Below, piece after piece: positions 62,301 through 64,000 of a DNA stretch of 64,000 nucleotides. This stretch comes from Lama guanicoe. Taxonomy: Eukaryota. The position numbers and the translations under genes were made by a program. Location of the stretch: NCBI GenBank assembly GCA_013239625.1, contig MU053754.1, positions 803,379-867,378 of the forward strand, given 5' to 3'. Each line of letters starts with the position of its first letter. Positions within the stretch are counted from its first letter, which is position 1. Under the pieces are notes generated by a model. It did no database searches. It saw only the letters and a list, made by a program, of their open reading frames with translations, and was not told where the DNA came from.

Positions 62301-63273
62301 ACTAGTCGAGGGCTGAGGAAGGTTCAAGAATCCTGCGTATTCCTGAGGAGAGAGAGTAGACAGCAGGACATGGTTGTGGCAGCTGGAAGGGATGTGTCCA
62401 GGGCCTCCCACCGGTGACGCGGATACACGGACACAGTGTCGGCGCCCGGATGGAATAGGAGCCACCAGTGCTTGTCCTGGGTGTCAGCACCAGCACAAAA
62501 ATGGAATCCCGTGTCCCAGGTCGCATTCTTTTACAGCTGCGGAAGCTGAAGTGTGGCTTCTGAGCCGAGCAAAACTGAAGTTAAGAAGGCAGCGGTGTGC
62601 TGCCTGTTTGGAAAAACCAGCCCTAGGGTGGAGATGGTAATCCAGCGTGATTTTAAATCATGAAAAGCAGGGTTGGGGGAAAGGAGACAGGCATCGTAGA
62701 CAGGCTGACTCATTTATGTTCAGTGACGTCTCACAGCCAGGGGTACTGCTCTGTTCCCGTCGTGGAGGCTCACACCTTTGGTCTCCTTTCCTAAGGAGCT
62801 TTCCTTGGTAGAGGAGCCCTCGTCCTGGGGCGCTCAGGTCTGCCCCCTGTACTGATGCTGTAGCTTGTTCTCTTCCCGCACGTGGGCTCCGAGAGCAGGC
62901 CCCCACTCTGACGGGACCCTTAGTCTCAGTGTAGCCTGCATGCGTCCCTCATGTTTGTTGTCCGGGAACATACCCTCTCTCTAACGTGGTTGCTTTCACC
63001 ACATGCATGCCCGCCTTTCTCCAAGGAGGAGACCAATAGCTGATTCTCTTTCCATGAATCAAAGCTCACAGGGGCTGCCGACATCAGACCCCACGGGATG
63101 CCCACCTGCTGCAGCTGCCCATGAAGAGGACATATGATGAGTCACTAAAGACCACTTGCTAGTTGCTTTAAGGTGAATGTTCAAGGATTCAGTAGTGAAG
63201 TTGCCATTTCCCTGTGGTCGATTTCTGCACATTCCCAGCTTCAGTACTGCTCAGCTCACCTAGGCAGGATCAT

Positions 63274-63795
63274 GTCTGTATAAATGAAGGTTCAAGCAGG
63301 GAGCTCCTAGGACAGTAGATAGATGATGCTTGGGGGGTTGATGGATGTTGGTATAGATATGTAGATATGCTATAATTATGTGTAATATAAACCTCCAGAC
63401 AGAGATGGATACATATGGATGTAGTCTGTTGTGTGTAGATATAGATTGTATGAATGTTAAGCATATGTAGATTACTATCGTATCAATGTAGATACTAATT
63501 ATCTATAGATTATAGGTAGTGAAATGATAGGTAGACAGAGACAGGTACATTTATCTGTATTTGTCATCTAGCTAGCTAGCTATGGATAGGACAGAGAAAT
63601 AGGAGGGTGGATATTGACCTGTATCTATCTGTCTTCCTGTCTCTCTGCATCTATGTACCTCCCATCATTTGTGGAGAAATGGGCAAGTCTCAAGTCTGCA
63701 GGGCCCATCGGCAGGAAGGGCAGGCTGGAACTCACCACACTGTCCGGGGCTGCTGAATTTCCCCTTCTCTCGTGGAAGCCTCAGCCCTGCTCTTC
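63274..63795 (-). mobile_element. MLT2 (E/F-like) ERVL LTR with expanded degenerate TAGA/TCTA tract
   Basis: 'ggcaagtctcaagtctgcagggc', 'ggcaggctggaactc', 'gaatttcc...ggaagcctcagccctgctctt'. Confidence 0.7.
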
Positions 63796-63809
63796 CCACC
63801 CCTCCCCCA

Positions 63810-64000
63810 CACCAGTTTTATCGAGGTGTAGCTGAGGAATAACAATTGTATATATTTGAGGCACACAGTGGAGACGACTTGATACCTTTATACTTTGTGA
63901 AATGATTACCATCAAGTTAACACACCCATCACCATACGTCGTTACCTTTTCGTGTGTACATCACCATACGTCGTTACCTTTTCGTGTGTACATCACCATA
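63810..64000 (-). mobile_element. L1MA-like 3' end, running off the window
   Basis: 'ccagttttatcgaggt', 'aattgtatatattt', 'ttgtgaaatgattacca...agttaacacacccatcacc'. Confidence 0.75.
63927..64000. repeat. 32-bp perfect tandem repeat, at least 2.3 copies, truncated by the window end
   Basis: Unit catcaccatacgtcgttaccttttcgtgtgta at 63927, 63959 and 63991 (partial). Confidence 0.95.

Overview
Mammalian nuclear DNA, most likely camelid, judged from a tRNA-Ala-derived Vic-1-like SINE at 43190-43349 and a cetartiodactyl-type L1. I could not identify any protein-coding exon or RNA gene, and the window reads as deep intron or intergenic sequence. A large share is recognisable interspersed repeat: a 6.6-kb decayed near-full-length L1 (23241-29861, minus), a 5'-inverted L1 (40791-42676), older L1M fragments, L2, MIR, MaLR/ERVL solo LTRs and hAT DNA transposons (MER5A, MER20, MER33, MER58). 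The last 12 kb contain two N gaps and three near-identical duplicated blocks that look like separately assembled haplotypes. I found no evidence of a new biological system. The most interesting signals are mechanistic: an L1 lacking its 3'UTR and poly(A) but keeping an apparent target-site duplication, a 31-bp fold-back hairpin, a 69-bp direct repeat around a unique 72-bp spacer, and a young 32-bp minisatellite. Repeat subfamily names come from visual recognition of consensus motifs without a database search, and repeat boundaries are approximate.
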